Shown here in pieces: positions 46,331 through 57,847 of a stretch of 64,000 bases of DNA. Numbering within the stretch: the first letter of the stretch is position 1; each line of letters starts with the position of its first letter. The notes beneath the pieces are model-generated. The model had not been told where the DNA came from and did not search any database. It saw nothing but the letters and a program-made list of their open reading frames with translations. Both the position numbers and the translations under genes were made by a program. This DNA comes from Cyanophora paradoxa CCMP329 (taxonomy: Eukaryota > Plantae > Glaucophyta), in NCBI GenBank assembly GCA_004431415.1, contig QPMI01000502.1, forward strand, positions 202,771 through 266,770, in the 5' to 3' direction.

Positions 46331-47338
46331 TCAACTACTGCGCCGAGTACGCGCGACTTGCTGCCGACATGACTGCAGCGAAGCTGACGGGCCAGCGTAA
46401 CGAGCACCAGGCCTAGCCATGAGCGCAGCCAAGGGCGGGCGCTCAGCAGAATCGATATAGCGTCGGTAGACCGCTGACAACAAAGACCAGCGACCAACCG
46501 CTTGAACAAGCTCTTCAGGCACGCCCGCAGCAGCCAGAGCAGTAGCTCCACCGCGACGCAAGCCATGAGGTGTGATACCAGTGGCGTCCAAGCCCGCCGC
46601 GTCAAATGCGAACCGGAGAACATAGGCCACGGTCTGAGCTGACAGAGAACGAGCTGCGTCCCGAAGCTGCCCAAAAAGAGGTGCGCCCGGATCCGCGAGC
46701 GCTAGAGTCCGCAAGTAGGTTCGAAACCAGAACACCGGACAGATGACCGACTCTGGGACGGCGCCCAAGACAACTTGCGCGCCTTGGCGACGACGATCGG
46801 TCTTGGAACCGGCAATGAAGAGCACGACGCGATCCGCGCGGATGGACACATCTTGCCGCCGGAGTGCCACGATTTCGCCACGCCGCAACAGGCCAAAGAA
46901 ACCGGTAAGCAACATCACAAGGGCGCGAAGGAGCTTGTTTGAGGGGAACGAGCGTAGGTACGAGCAATCGCCTCCAGGTGGACGGACGTGACCAATGCAG
47001 ATTGCTTTGCTGGTTTTCCACAAAGTCGGGCGATTCCTTGCAATGTTTGCAGCACAAGGGGTGAGCAAATGCAGTAGTAGGCAACATCCTCTGCCTTGTC
47101 TGATGTAGCAGAGCAGAGTGACACTGGTCAATTGCTGAGAGACCGTACTCTTCATCAGCAAGAGCCACCAGCAGTGTTGCGACGCCAGAAGCTGTTGGTG
47201 GCCAGGCTGGAATGCAGTGAACCGCGCAATGGCCTTCATAGAGGACGACCCAGCGGGCGTAGAGGCTTTGGGTTCGCTCGCTCACAGAGTTTGTTCTGTA
47301 GAAAGTGACCCGGTTGAGCAGATCAGCCATACGAGCAC
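46331..47338 (-). CDS. Tyrosine recombinase of copy 2, with two apparent 1-bp deletions in homopolymer runs
   Basis: MADLLNRVTFYR..AFAHP / VLQTLQGIARLCGKPAKQS..IARTY / SNKLLRALVMLLTGFFGLLRRGE..SKTD..HGLRRGG..GRWS..VYRRY, spread over three frames. Shifts fall at G4 runs 47058-47061 and 46943-46946. Confidence 0.88.
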
Positions 47339-47486
47339 CTGCATCACCAGAGTCAAGGGTATGTCAGACTACATTTCTTCTTCTTCTTTTTAAAGCCCCC
47401 CACTCAAGCTTTCTATCCCTGTTGCTGGACAAAGTAAGCTGAGCAGAGATGAGCAGGAGTTGAATTCTGCAGCAAGAGCCTTCAAT

Positions 47487-49451
47487 CTACTCCCACGACA
47501 CATAAAGAGCAACAAGAATCCAGGAAGGTAACTGTGCCGAGCGAGGCCCGCGATAGCACACGTCATATGCTGGGCCAAGCACCATTGCAGGTGCACGCAA
47601 GGCAAGCTGCAACTGTGGCCACCATGGAGCTGAGGGCCACTGAGGGACAATAAAAACTGCCGAGGCCCTACACTGGCGGACATGTGACACAAGGTGCAAG
47701 AGGACATTTGGGTCCGGAAAGACGTAATTACGAGCACCACGCCAGGTTGCTGTAAAGCAATCATATCCTTCAGCATGTCGATCATTCAAATCAATGGAAA
47801 AGTATCGATTTAGGTGAGTGTTGGCTGATGAGGCCATACGATCAATATCAAAAGGTCCAAATGTCCGACTGACCATGGCAAAATACCCAGGTTTCAAAGA
47901 GTAGTCGGCGGGGTAAAAGTAGCGACTCAAAGCATCGGACCACTCATTGTCAACACCAGGAATGTGTTCTGCTTCAATGCTGATGCAATTGAGCAGAGCA
48001 ATATCCCAAATTGCTGCTGCAACTCGGCAAAGGTATTCATGTCTTCCGCCACCATTGTTGATGTAGGCCACAGTCACTGTGTTGTCCGAGCGAACTAAGA
48101 TGTTCTGATTGCGCAATAAACCTTGATAGTGCTGCATAGCGCGAAGCACTGCCATTAACTCGCGCCACGACGAAATTTGCTGAGCTTCTTCTTGGTTCCA
48201 CAGGCACTGGAATGGGGCAGGCTCAAGCTCCCAAGCCACAGGTTGAGCATCGCCAATTCGGGTAGTGATCCAGGCTCCTGCACCAACATGGCTTGCATCC
48301 GTAGTCAACACAAAGAGCCTTTCAGGCCGAATAGGGCAGCGGCCATTGTATCGGTGGATGTTGGCCAGCCACCACTCAAGTTCCCGACGAGTCTCATTGG
48401 TGAGCTCCACTGGATGATTCCAATGCCATTCTCTTGCCACGACATTGATGTATCGAAAGAGGGACCTGGTCTTGATGCGAGCTGGAGCCAAGCCCCGTGC
48501 CATGGACACAAGGGTGCCGGCGACCTTGGCCATTTCACGTGCAGATGCTGATTTCTTTTTCTTCAGAAGCCCTTTGATCAAAGCAAGCAGACGACCAAGC
48601 TTGTCTTGGGGTACTTCAAACAACATGCGGGCGGAGTCCACTATGAAGCCCAAGAAAGCCACCGACTGTGCTGGGGTGAGCTCAGATTTGCTGTTGACCA
48701 CAAGCTTGAGGGCAGCAAATGTTTTGAGGACGAAATCCCGCAATTCACAGGCCTTCTCGTAGGTTGGAGCAGCAAACCACCAGTCGTCAACATAGTTCAC
48801 CACGAAGATGCCAAAGCGGCGGAAGTAGTTGACCACTTGTCGCATGATCTTGACGAATGCAAACGGTGAGTGCTTGAGGCCGAAGGGCAAAACTGTGTAC
48901 ACATAGAATTTGCTGTCAAACTCAAAGCCCATGTTCCGCCAGTCTTGCGGTGAGACTGGCACGTGGTGGTATCCAGATTCAAGGTCAATAGTGAACATGT
49001 ACCAGCCTTGGCGCAGCATGGCTGCAACATGCTCAAGAGTCTCATACTTGAAGGGGATGTCCGGAAGGCCTTTATTGGTAGGCCGGCCATCCCAGATGAG
49101 CCGCAACTTGGATCCAGTCTTCTTGGGCACCACGGACAGTGAGCAGACAATGTTCACTTGAGCTTCTTCAACTTCTCTGATCGCTCCCGTGCACAAAAGC
49201 TTCTGAATTTCGGTTCTCACAAAGTCCTGATGGTCCACAGCCGCAGACTTGTGGTTGGCCCGGCGCTCTGCTGGCAGCCGCCTCGCTCCTGACAAAGGGA
49301 AACCACGCAAGATCCAGTTGAGCACGACATCATTGGCTCCAATCGCTCTCCACTGTTGGACTGCAGCTTGAATGCAGGATGCAACAAAGCCTCCTGCAAA
49401 GTGAGGTGAGGCCTTGCATTGGCAGACATGCCCAATTATCGCGGTGCCCAT
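47487..49451 (-). CDS. RT - RNase H - methyltransferase-like polyprotein of copy 2
   Basis: 654-aa ORF colinear with copy 1: YVDD, TTDAS, SDN, SDALSR, NYVFPDP. Confidence 0.95.
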   Translation of the reverse strand: MGTAIIGHVCQCKASPHFAGGFVASCIQAAVQQWRAIGANDVVLNWILRGFPLSGARRLPAERRANHKSAAVDHQDFVRTEIQKLLCTGAIREVEEAQVNIVCSLSVVPKKTGSKLRLIWDGRPTNKGLPDIPFKYETLEHVAAMLRQGWYMFTIDLESGYHHVPVSPQDWRNMGFEFDSKFYVYTVLPFGLKHSPFAFVKIMRQVVNYFRRFGIFVVNYVDDWWFAAPTYEKACELRDFVLKTFAALKLVVNSKSELTPAQSVAFLGFIVDSARMLFEVPQDKLGRLLALIKGLLKKKKSASAREMAKVAGTLVSMARGLAPARIKTRSLFRYINVVAREWHWNHPVELTNETRRELEWWLANIHRYNGRCPIRPERLFVLTTDASHVGAGAWITTRIGDAQPVAWELEPAPFQCLWNQEEAQQISSWRELMAVLRAMQHYQGLLRNQNILVRSDNTVTVAYINNGGGRHEYLCRVAAAIWDIALLNCISIEAEHIPGVDNEWSDALSRYFYPADYSLKPGYFAMVSRTFGPFDIDRMASSANTHLNRYFSIDLNDRHAEGYDCFTATWRGARNYVFPDPNVLLHLVSHVRQCRASAVFIVPQWPSAPWWPQLQLALRAPAMVLGPAYDVCYRGPRSAQLPSWILVALYVSWE

Positions 49452-49564
49452 CTAGCACTGCTACAGCTGATGGTCCATGCAGCCGCTGGCTTGAAGATGG
49501 TGACACGCGAACGGGAAGAAGCTTAGAGGCCTTGGCTGCGAAGCAAGACTGAGGCTTGTACCCC

Positions 49565-49597
49565 AGGGGCGCACTTATAACTTGTAAGTGCGCCCCT
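49565..49597. other. 13-bp perfect inverted repeat (hairpin) in the retroelement 5' leader
   Basis: AGGGGCGCACTTA-taacttg-TAAGTGCGCCCCT. Confidence 0.85.
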
Positions 49598-49758
49598 TGT
49601 ACATATGTGCGTAAGCAAGGCTGCCTTTATTTGGCAGCCATACACTGCCCTATGCTACGCTGACGCTCACATAGGTTCGAACGTAGTGTGTGCTGTACCC
49701 GTAGACGCGTGTCACAGGCCGAGTTTGTTCAATTGCAGCGTAACCACCTTCCGGCTTT

Positions 49759-52700
49759 ATGCGTCGCGCCTTCAATCTGCTCCGGGAGGCGGCGCTTGGC
49801 GTCGCTTACACAGGCGAGCTCACAGTGGCGCGCTCGGTTTCGGCCCCGCTCACTCGCGGCTCATCTCAGGCGAGCGCGACGAGCGCGGAGTGCCTCACGG
49901 GCGGGTGAGTTTGCACGGCGTCGCGTCACTGCGCTGCGGCTGCGCGCGCGCGGCGCGAGCGCTTCTTTCGGCTGATGCTCCGTGCGCTTGTTGTCGGTCG
50001 CTGACGCTGTTGCTCACAGGGGAAACTCGTCTTCAGCTCGGGCGACAGCTATACCGGCGAGTTCCTGCACGGCGCACGGCACGGCCGCGGCGTCTTTACG
50101 GACGCTGCGAGTGGCAATCGGTGACCCTCATACACGCATATCGCCTGCAGAAACGTCATGTCGAGCTAAACTTCCAAACCGGCAGCTACGACGGGCAGTG
50201 GAAGGAGGATAAGCGGCAGTCGCGCAGGGCATTGCGCATGCGCGCGCACGTCCTTGTTGCGGCTGACGAGGACCTCAGCGGCCAAGGCGTGCTCTGGGTC
50301 GTGGACGACAAGGGCGAACTCTGCGCCAGCGGAGAGACCCTCGAGATGCTGGGCGGGAGTCCGCGCGGGGTGCGCGCCCGACCGGCCCCTCGCTCGCCGC
50401 GCTCGCTCACGCGGTTGGCGGGGCGTTGCAGAGCTCGAGCGGGGACAGCGAGACGTCGGGTTCGGATGCTGAGAGCGACATCATCGTCGTCCGACCGCCG
50501 CCCCGGCGGCCCTCCCTCGCCTCGTACGCCCCGGGCGGCCGCCGCCTCTGCCCCAAGGTCCGCAGGCCCGCGCGCCGCTCCGCGCCGGGCGCCGGGCGAG
50601 GGAAGGGGGCGCAGTACGAAGGGGAGTGGGAGAACGACGAGATGCACGGGCGCGGCGTGATGCGCCTCCCCGCCGGCGCCGCCTACCGCGGCGGTCCCCG
50701 CCCCCGCGCCCCCGCCAAACCTCCCACCCCGCGCCCGAGCGGCGTCCTCCGCAGAGTTCGTTCGGGGAGAGCGGACGGGCCGCGGGGTGCTGACCTCGCC
50801 GGCCGGCGACCGGTGCGGGCGCCCTCGCGCCGCGGCCGCCTGCCTCGCGCGGCGGGCCTCACACAAAGACAGGTATGAGGGGGAGCTCCTGCGCGGGCGC
50901 TTCCACGGGACGGGCACCATGCGGTGGGCCTCCGGCCACGAGTCCGCCCGCCCGCTCCTCCCCCCCCGCCCCCGCCCCCGCCCCGATGAGGCGGGGGCAG
51001 GTACACGGGGCAGTGGCGGCACGGGCGGCGCACGGGGCGCGGCGTCTTCTCGGCGCCCTCCTCGGGCCTGACGCGCGGCGGGTCCGTCGCCCGCCAGCCC
51101 GCCGGCGCGCCCGTCCGCTGGCCCGCCGGGCGCCTCACTCCCGTGGAGGCGCTTCGCGTGGGCGACGGCGCCGTCGCCCTTCGCCCCGCCCGACCGGCGC
51201 CGCAGCCGCTCTGGCTGCCTCGCCGGCTCCGACCCGCCCCTCGTGTCCGCCCCGGCCCCGCCTCCCCGTTCCCTCCACCGGGCGCAGCTGACGCCCCGCG
51301 CAGCTCCGTGTACGATGGCGAGGTGGCCGCCGCCGCCTCTGCCGCCGGTGCAGTGGCGGGGCTGACGGGCGGGGGCGGCAGTGGGAGGAGGACCAGCGGC
51401 ACGGGCGGGGGACGTGCCTGCTGTGCGCCGCCGCGCCCCTCCGCCCCCACGGGGCCGGCGGCGAGGCCGGGGGCGGCAGGACGAGCGGGGAGCGGTACGA
51501 GGGGCAGTGGTCGCGGGACCGGCCCCACGGCTTCGGCGCCCTCACCGACCCCGGCGTACCCCCGCCCCGCACCCTCCCGCCGGAGCGCCTCCGGGGCGAG
51601 GGGCCGGGGGCGGGGGCAGGGGACGGTGTACGAGGGGGAGTGGGTGGAGGGGCGCCGCAGGGGCGCCGGCTCCTGCCGCTACGCCTCCCGCGCCCTCTAC
51701 ACGTGCGCCCCGCCCGCCCCCCGCCTGCCCCGGCCAGCCAGCGCCGCCCCGGCGCCTCGAAAGCAGACCCGACTGCGCGGTCTCTGACCGCTCCGCCGCA
51801 GGGGCGAGTGGCGGGACGACGAGCGGAGCGGGCTCGGCACGATGCGGTACCCCTCCGGCGCCATCTACACCGGCGGTGCGGCCCTGCGCGCCGGGCCCGC
51901 CCTCCGGGGCGGCGGGGGCCGAGCGGGGGCGTGCAGAGTGGGTGCGGGGCGAGCGGGAGGGGGCCGGCTGCCTCGCCTGCCCCGACACCGTCCGCCCCGC
52001 TGATCCGCGCCCCCCGCCCACTTTCCCCGCCGCTGAGTGCCCAGCTCCGCAGGGCGGCCGATGGGAAGGCAACTGGCGCGCCCGCCGGCGCCGGTGCCGA
52101 GGCCGGGCGGCGGGGCGGGGCTGACGGGGCGGGGCGGGCAGGGTGGACGGGATGCGGCACGGGGCGGGGAGCTGGACGGTGCCGGCGCTGGCGGCGCCGC
52201 TGGCCCCCTCGGCCTCCGCCTTCGCCGACGTCGGGTGCCCCGAGGAGGGCGGGGCCGGGGCGGGGCCCGCCCCCGCCGAGTCGGCCGACGGCTCCCCGGC
52301 GCTCGTCCCCGGGGCCGTCTACGAGGTCCCCCGGGGCCCCGCCCCTCCCCCGGTCCCCCGAGGGGCGCCGCCTCTGAGCCCCGCGCAGGGCGAGTGGCAC
52401 CTCGACCGCTGGGTCACCGGCCGCCGCCACCGCTGGACCGTCGAGTACCCCTCCGGCGACAAGCGCGCCGCCCCGGCGGGCCCCCCGGGGCCGCCCTGAC
52501 GGGCTTCGCCGCAGGTACTACGGGACGATCGACGCGCACGGGCGCCGCCACGGGATCGGGACCCTGAAGAGCGCGGGGCGCGGCGGGGAAGTGTACCAAG
52601 GTCCCGCCTTGCAGCTCCGGTCCTCCGCTGCAGCCGGCGGGGTGCGTGGCGAGTGGGCCGGGGCGCAGGGGAGTGGCGGGAGGGGGTGGCGCACGGGGCG

Positions 52701-53646
52701 GGGTCCCTCTGCTACGCCTCCGGGGACCGCTTCGAGGGCTTCTTCGACGAGGGCATCCGCCACGGGGCCCGCCCCGCCCCGCGCACCGCCCCGCGCCCCC
52801 GCCCCCGCCCCGCTGAGGCGCCGGCCCCGCAGCCGGGCTGCTACGAGTGGGCCTCCGGCGCCCGCCTCGAGGGCCTGCCCCACGCCGCCGCCGCCCGCCC
52901 GCCCGCCCCGCAGCCTGCGATGGCTCTGACGCGCGGCCAGGGAGTGGGTCAACGACGTGCCGGACCCCTGGGGGCCTACTACCCGGCCCCGGCCGCCCGC
53001 CGCGCCGCCCCGCCGGCCGCGCATCCCCCGCCGGCTTCTCGGCGGCCCGGGCGACCCCGCGGCTCCCGCCCCGCTCCCCCTACACGTGCGCCCCCGGGCG
53101 GTGCGGCCCCCGCACGGGCCGATCTCGATCTCGCGGGGCGCGCGGCAGGGACTCGCCGGTGGCCTTCAGGGACAGCGCCGCCTTCGGGCAGGCGGGGCCC
53201 CCGCCGCCCCTCTTCCCCGCCATGGGGCCCCGCCCCGCGCCCCCGCGCGCCGCTCCTCTCCCGCCCCGCCCTCCGCCTTCCGCCCCGCCTCCGCCCCGAC
53301 CCTCCCGCCGCCGCCGACGCCGCCCGTCCTCTCCCCGCCGCCGCCGGCCATTGCGGGCCCCGCCGAGGAGGCGGAGGGCGAGGGCGAGCTGGTGAGCGTG
53401 CCCCTCGGCGGCGAGCTCGAGGCGGGGGCGGAGGCGGCGCCGGTCGTCACGGCGCCGGCGGAGACGGAGGCGGAGGCGGAGGCGAAGGCGGTTGTCGCGG
53501 CGCCGGCGCAGCCGCCGGGGGCCCCGGGGCTCCCAAGCGCGGAGGAGGGCGCCCCCAAGGCTCCGGCGGCGGAGGCCCCGCCCGGTGGGGAGGAGGGCCC
53601 TCGCAGCAAAGCCCCCGAGGGGGTCCGGGCCCCCATCGAGGAGTAG
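49759..53646 (+). CDS. MORN-repeat protein (multi-exon)
   Basis: MRRAFNLLREAALGVAYTG|ERDERGVPHGR|GKLVFSSGDSYTGEFLHGARHGRG..YDGQWKEDKR..YEGEWENDEMHGRG..YEGELLRGRFHGTG..GEWREGVAHGAGSLCYASGDRFEGFF. Acidic/Ala-rich tail ends PIEE* at 53646. Confidence 0.85.
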
Positions 53647-54431
53647 ACCCCGAGAGGAAGCGTAGGCTCAGTCTTTGAGGAGTTGTCGTGTGCCACATGT
53701 ACAGTGCATGTTCAACTGTCCGCCCAGCCTGCAGCATCGCGATCTCGATAGGATTCCGAAGTTCAAGGCTTTTCAAGTCTCTAATTCAGCGATTCCAGAT
53801 CCTGGCAGCCGCGCGCCCATGGCCACACGTTCACGTTCGGCTGGCTCAGCGGCCCGGCGGCTCATGATCGAGAGTGGTCCCGAGTGCACGTTCATCATCG
53901 AACTTGAAAGCCATGAAGAGTGATGCCAGCGCCGCGCCTAGAGTCGCATGATCATGATCAGAGCTTGAACTTAAGCTTCGGGTTCAACGGTTTGCACTGC
54001 CGCAGTGCAGCAGCTACTAGGCTAGTCACGAGTCATCGAGGCCACCTGGTCTACGTTCTCCCAACTGAGTCATGATCCGATCATCGGATGATCATCGATT
54101 CATCATCACTGATCATGAGACCCCCCTTCAAGGCTTCAAGGCTTGAATTCAACGCAGCTTGATTGTTCGCCACCGGGTTGAACATCATGGCATCGATATC
54201 GATGATTCACTGTCCGATGGTCAAACATGACATCGGCGGGGCTAGATCGCCCCTGGACCTCCTCTAGGCTCTCAATCCCCTCCCATGCCAATTGCAAGAG
54301 CCATGTTTCCTGCAGCAGTGCAAAAATTCTCGCATTCTTGTTTCTCGTTTCTGGTTTCTTTCTTATTTCTGGCTAACCTAATCGGCTGGAGGCCTCTTCT
54401 AGATCTCGTGCCTGGCGGAGGGGACCGGGGC

Positions 54432-57400
54432 CTAGGCGGGGAACCAGTGCGGGTCGGCGGCCTCCTCGGCCCCCGAGGCCTTGCACCCAAACGACTCCCC
54501 GAAGCGCTCGTGCCGCTCCACCTGCCGCCCCCGCCCGTCTGCCCACGGGGGCCCGGGCGCGCGGGGTCGGGTGCACGACGCACGTCCTTCGGGCTCACGC
54601 TCCTCGGCTGCCGGTGCAGCGCGATCGCGAGGTGCCTGCCCGCCGCGTGGGCCCCCCGCACCGAAGCCGGCGAAGCCGCACGGCACGCGCACCTGGCCTC
54701 GATGGGGCCCGCCGACATCTCCTCCTTGCTCGCGATCCTGCCGCCGGCGGCCTCAGCCGCGCCGGCGCGGGGCGCAGCCCGGGGAGGCAGAGCAGAGCAG
54801 AGCAGAGCTCACTCGTACGCCTCGTCCTCACCGACGTGGCTGCGGGGGCGGGGCGTGGGCGGGGGGGCGAGGGGCGGGGGCGGGGCGGGGCGGGGCGGGG
54901 GGGCACCGCTCGCGGCGGACGGCGGCGATGAGCTCGGAGAGGGGCATCCGCTGCGCCGCGTTCCGCACGTCCTGCCCGGCCCCGCCCCCTCCTCGCCCCG
55001 CGCCCCGCCGGCCGCCCCGCGCCGGGGGCGCACCTTGAGGTCGGAGAAGCTGTACCCTCGCTCTGGCGCACGAGGGCCTCGAGCTGCTCCTTCCGGGGCT
55101 CGGCCGCCGGCTGGCCCCGCGCCCTCCACTCCTGCCGCACCGGGGCCGCCCCGGCCTCAGCGGCGGGGCGGAGCCACCGCGCGGGGCCCCCCGCCGCCGC
55201 CCCGGCGGGCGCACGCGGAAGGTGAGCTCGAAGAAGTCGCGGCGGGAGGCGGCGTCGGGGAGCGGGATGTACACCCTGCGCCCCGCCCCGCCCCGCCCGG
55301 CCCCGTCGCCCCCGGGCCAGGCGGGAGGCGCGGCGGGGGCGCGCACCGCGTGGGCCACCGCCGCCGCGCCGCCTCGTCGATGTTCTCCGGCCGGTTCGTC
55401 GCCTGCCGCCGGCGCTGAGGGGGCCGGCGCGGGGCGCCGGGCGCCGGGCGGGCGGGAGCGGGGCGGACGGCGACGAAGACGACGAGGCGGTCGTCCGACA
55501 TGAGGCCGTCCAGCTGTCCCCGGCATCCGCGTCGGCGGGGCGGGGCGGGGAGGCGGGGCGGGGGGCGGGGGCGGACGGAGGAGAGGAACTCGGTGCGGAC
55601 GCGGTTCATGGAGCCGCCGTCGCCGCCCCCCTCGCTCGACTCCCCCCGCGCGTTCAGCAGCGAGTCCGCCTCGCTGCCCGCCTCCGTCAGGCGGGGGCGG
55701 GGCGTGCGGGGCCGGGGGCGGCGGACTCGAGGAAGACGATGGCGGGGGCCATGTAGCGCGCGTACTCCAGCAGCACCGCCACCGTCTTCTCCCCCTCCCC
55801 GATCTGGCGGGGGCCCCGCCTCAGCGAGGGGCGCGGGGCGGGGCGCGAGGGGGGCGGCGTGGCGGCGGGGCGCGCCCACTTGGAGGTGATGCTCGAGGCC
55901 GTCACGCTGAAGAAGCTCGCCTGCGCCGCCGTCAGCCGCCCGGCCCCGAGGCGCCCCGCGAGCGCCGCGCCTTGGCCTCGCACGCCAGCGCCCGCGCGAT
56001 CAACGTCTTCCCCGTCCCCTGCGCCCGGCGCCGGCCGTCGGAGGGAGGGAGGGCGGCGGGGCGGGGCGGGGCGGAGGGCGGCGGGGCGGGGCGGGGCGGA
56101 CGGGGGGCCCGAAGAGCAGGGCGCCCTTGGAGGTGGCGTCCGGGTTGTTCCTGTACAGCTGCCGGTACAGCAGCGGGCCTGCCCCAGCCGCCCCGAGGCG
56201 TCGCCCGCCTGCGGGGCGGGGGCGGGGGCGGGGGCGGGGCGGGGCCCGCACGCAGGATCGCGTCCTTGATGATCCGCTTCTGCTCCTCGAGGCCGGCTGC
56301 GGGGCGGCGGTGAGCGGGGCGGGGTGGGGCGGGGCGGGCGGGGGCGCGCCCATGGTGTCGAAGCCGCCCTTGAGCTGGGCGGGGTCGACGCGGAGGAGGG
56401 AGACGCGGGCGAAGATCTCCTGGCCGGCCTCCTGCGCCCCGCCCCGCCCCTCAGCCCCGCACCGCCCCCGCCGCCCCGGCCCCCGCCCCGCGCGCCCGGA
56501 TGATCTTGGGGAGCTCGGGGTCCTCCCAGGAGCCCTTCGCGGCCGGCCCCGCCTCCCGCCTCGCCTCCGGGCCGCCGCCCGCCCCCTTGCAGGCGTCCAG
56601 CAGCTGCTGCCGCGGCCTAAAGCTCCTCGAGAGACCGCCCACTCCGGGCACCCTCCTCCCGCCCGCCCCGCCCTGCTCCTGCCCCTGCCCCTGCCCGCTC
56701 TCCGCCCCGGGCGGCGGGTGCCCCATCTCCTTCTGCGAGGAGCTCTCAGAGGGGAGTCCGGGGCGGGGCGGCGGGGCGGGATCGGGCCTCGTAGGTCTCG
56801 CGGGCGTTCTTGAAGCCCTCGCACGGCGGCTTCTCCGCCATCCGCTCCTCCCGCGTCTTCTTCCTCTCCCCCGCCTCCGCATCCGCCCGCTGCGCGCGCG
56901 CGCGGCGCCCTCAAGCGCGGATAGGAAGGGGGGGCGCCGCGGCGCACGGTCTTCTTTGATGGCGGGCGGTCCTCGTCGCTGTTCTTCGGCCCCAGCGGCC
57001 GCCGCCTCGAGTCGTGCGCCTCGTCGGGCACGTCGCTAAGCTGGCGCCGCCCATCGCCGCCACCGCGCTCAGCCGCGCTCCGGCCCGGTTCGGGGCCGAA
57101 CAAGGGCTGCCTCGTGTTCTGTGCCACCGCCGGCCGTCCCGACCCGCATGGGGCGGCCTCGCGCTCAGGCGGCTGCGGTGCCGCGCGGCCCGCTTCCCCT
57201 GTCGCGCTGTTCGAGGGCGGTGTGGGGTGCGAGGGAACGACTTCGTCCTGCTCCGCCTCGCCATATGCATTCTGCGCAGCGCTTGATCAAAAGCGCGCGG
57301 AAAGGTCGGATCTCGGGCACGCGGGCGGGAACGCACCTCCTCATGTGACAGCAGCATATCCCACATCTCGTCGGTGCGCATCAGCTCCTCCAGCGACGTG

Positions 57401-57705
57401 ATTGCGGGCTGGAACGGGAGAGGCTTGGAGGGATCGCGGCCTGCGGCCACGAGCACCTGCTCGTCGAAGCTCTTCCAGTGCTGCATGATGCTGTTCGAGT
57501 GCCGTAGCAGGCTGCTGAGAGCGCGCTCCTCCGGGAGCCGGGCTAACGCAGCGCTCTTCCCGGCGACCTCGGCGAGCGCGCCCTCGGCGGACAGGAGGGA
57601 CAGCAGCCGCCGGTGCGCGGACAGCACGCGGTGCCCTTCGACCGCCGAGTCCGGGCGCAGCTCTAGCTGGAGCTGCTGGTGGAGCCTGAGGCAGAACGTG
57701 TCCAT
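54432..57705 (-). CDS. Meiotic-clade AAA+ ATPase (fidgetin-like/spastin/katanin family)
   Basis: Spliced motifs: AGLEEQKRIIKDAIL, KGALLFGPP|GTGKTLIARALA (Walker A), FFSVTASSITSKW|IGEGEK, IVFLD|EADSLL (Walker B), RVRTEFL, ATNRPENIDEAARRR (SRH), VYIPLPD, EGYSFSDL. Confidence 0.92.
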
Positions 57706-57847
57706 GTCTACAGAGGGACGAGAGTTCACGCCGCGTGGGCGGCGTGGCGCTGCATGCGTGCGCGGGCTGGGCTGCCACCAGCGAGAATTTTTTCGAACTG
57801 CTCTCAGGAAGCCACAGGTTCGGCTCCCCGCGGGTGCTTATCAAAAG
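57706..57847. promoter_or_regulatory. Probable bidirectional promoter
   Basis: Only 142 bp separate the divergent ATGs of the AAA ATPase (57705) and EIF1AD (57848). Confidence 0.55.

Larger units (their letters stand above)
45862..49643 (-). mobile_element. Tyrosine-recombinase (DIRS-like) retrotransposon, copy 2, both termini present (3.8 kb)
   Basis: Inverted termini GTATGGCTGCCAC-GGCAGCCTTGCTTAC (45862-45889) and GTAAGCAAGGCTGCC-TTTATT-TGGCAGCCATAC (49611-49643). RT-RH-MT and YR ORFs inside. No TSD visible. Confidence 0.92.

Noticed and set aside
49452-49760. A gag ORF upstream of RT in copy 2
   Set aside because: Only tiny minus-strand ORFs (e.g. MYKGRTYKL*) occur before the terminus, and host gene sequence begins ~115 bp beyond it.
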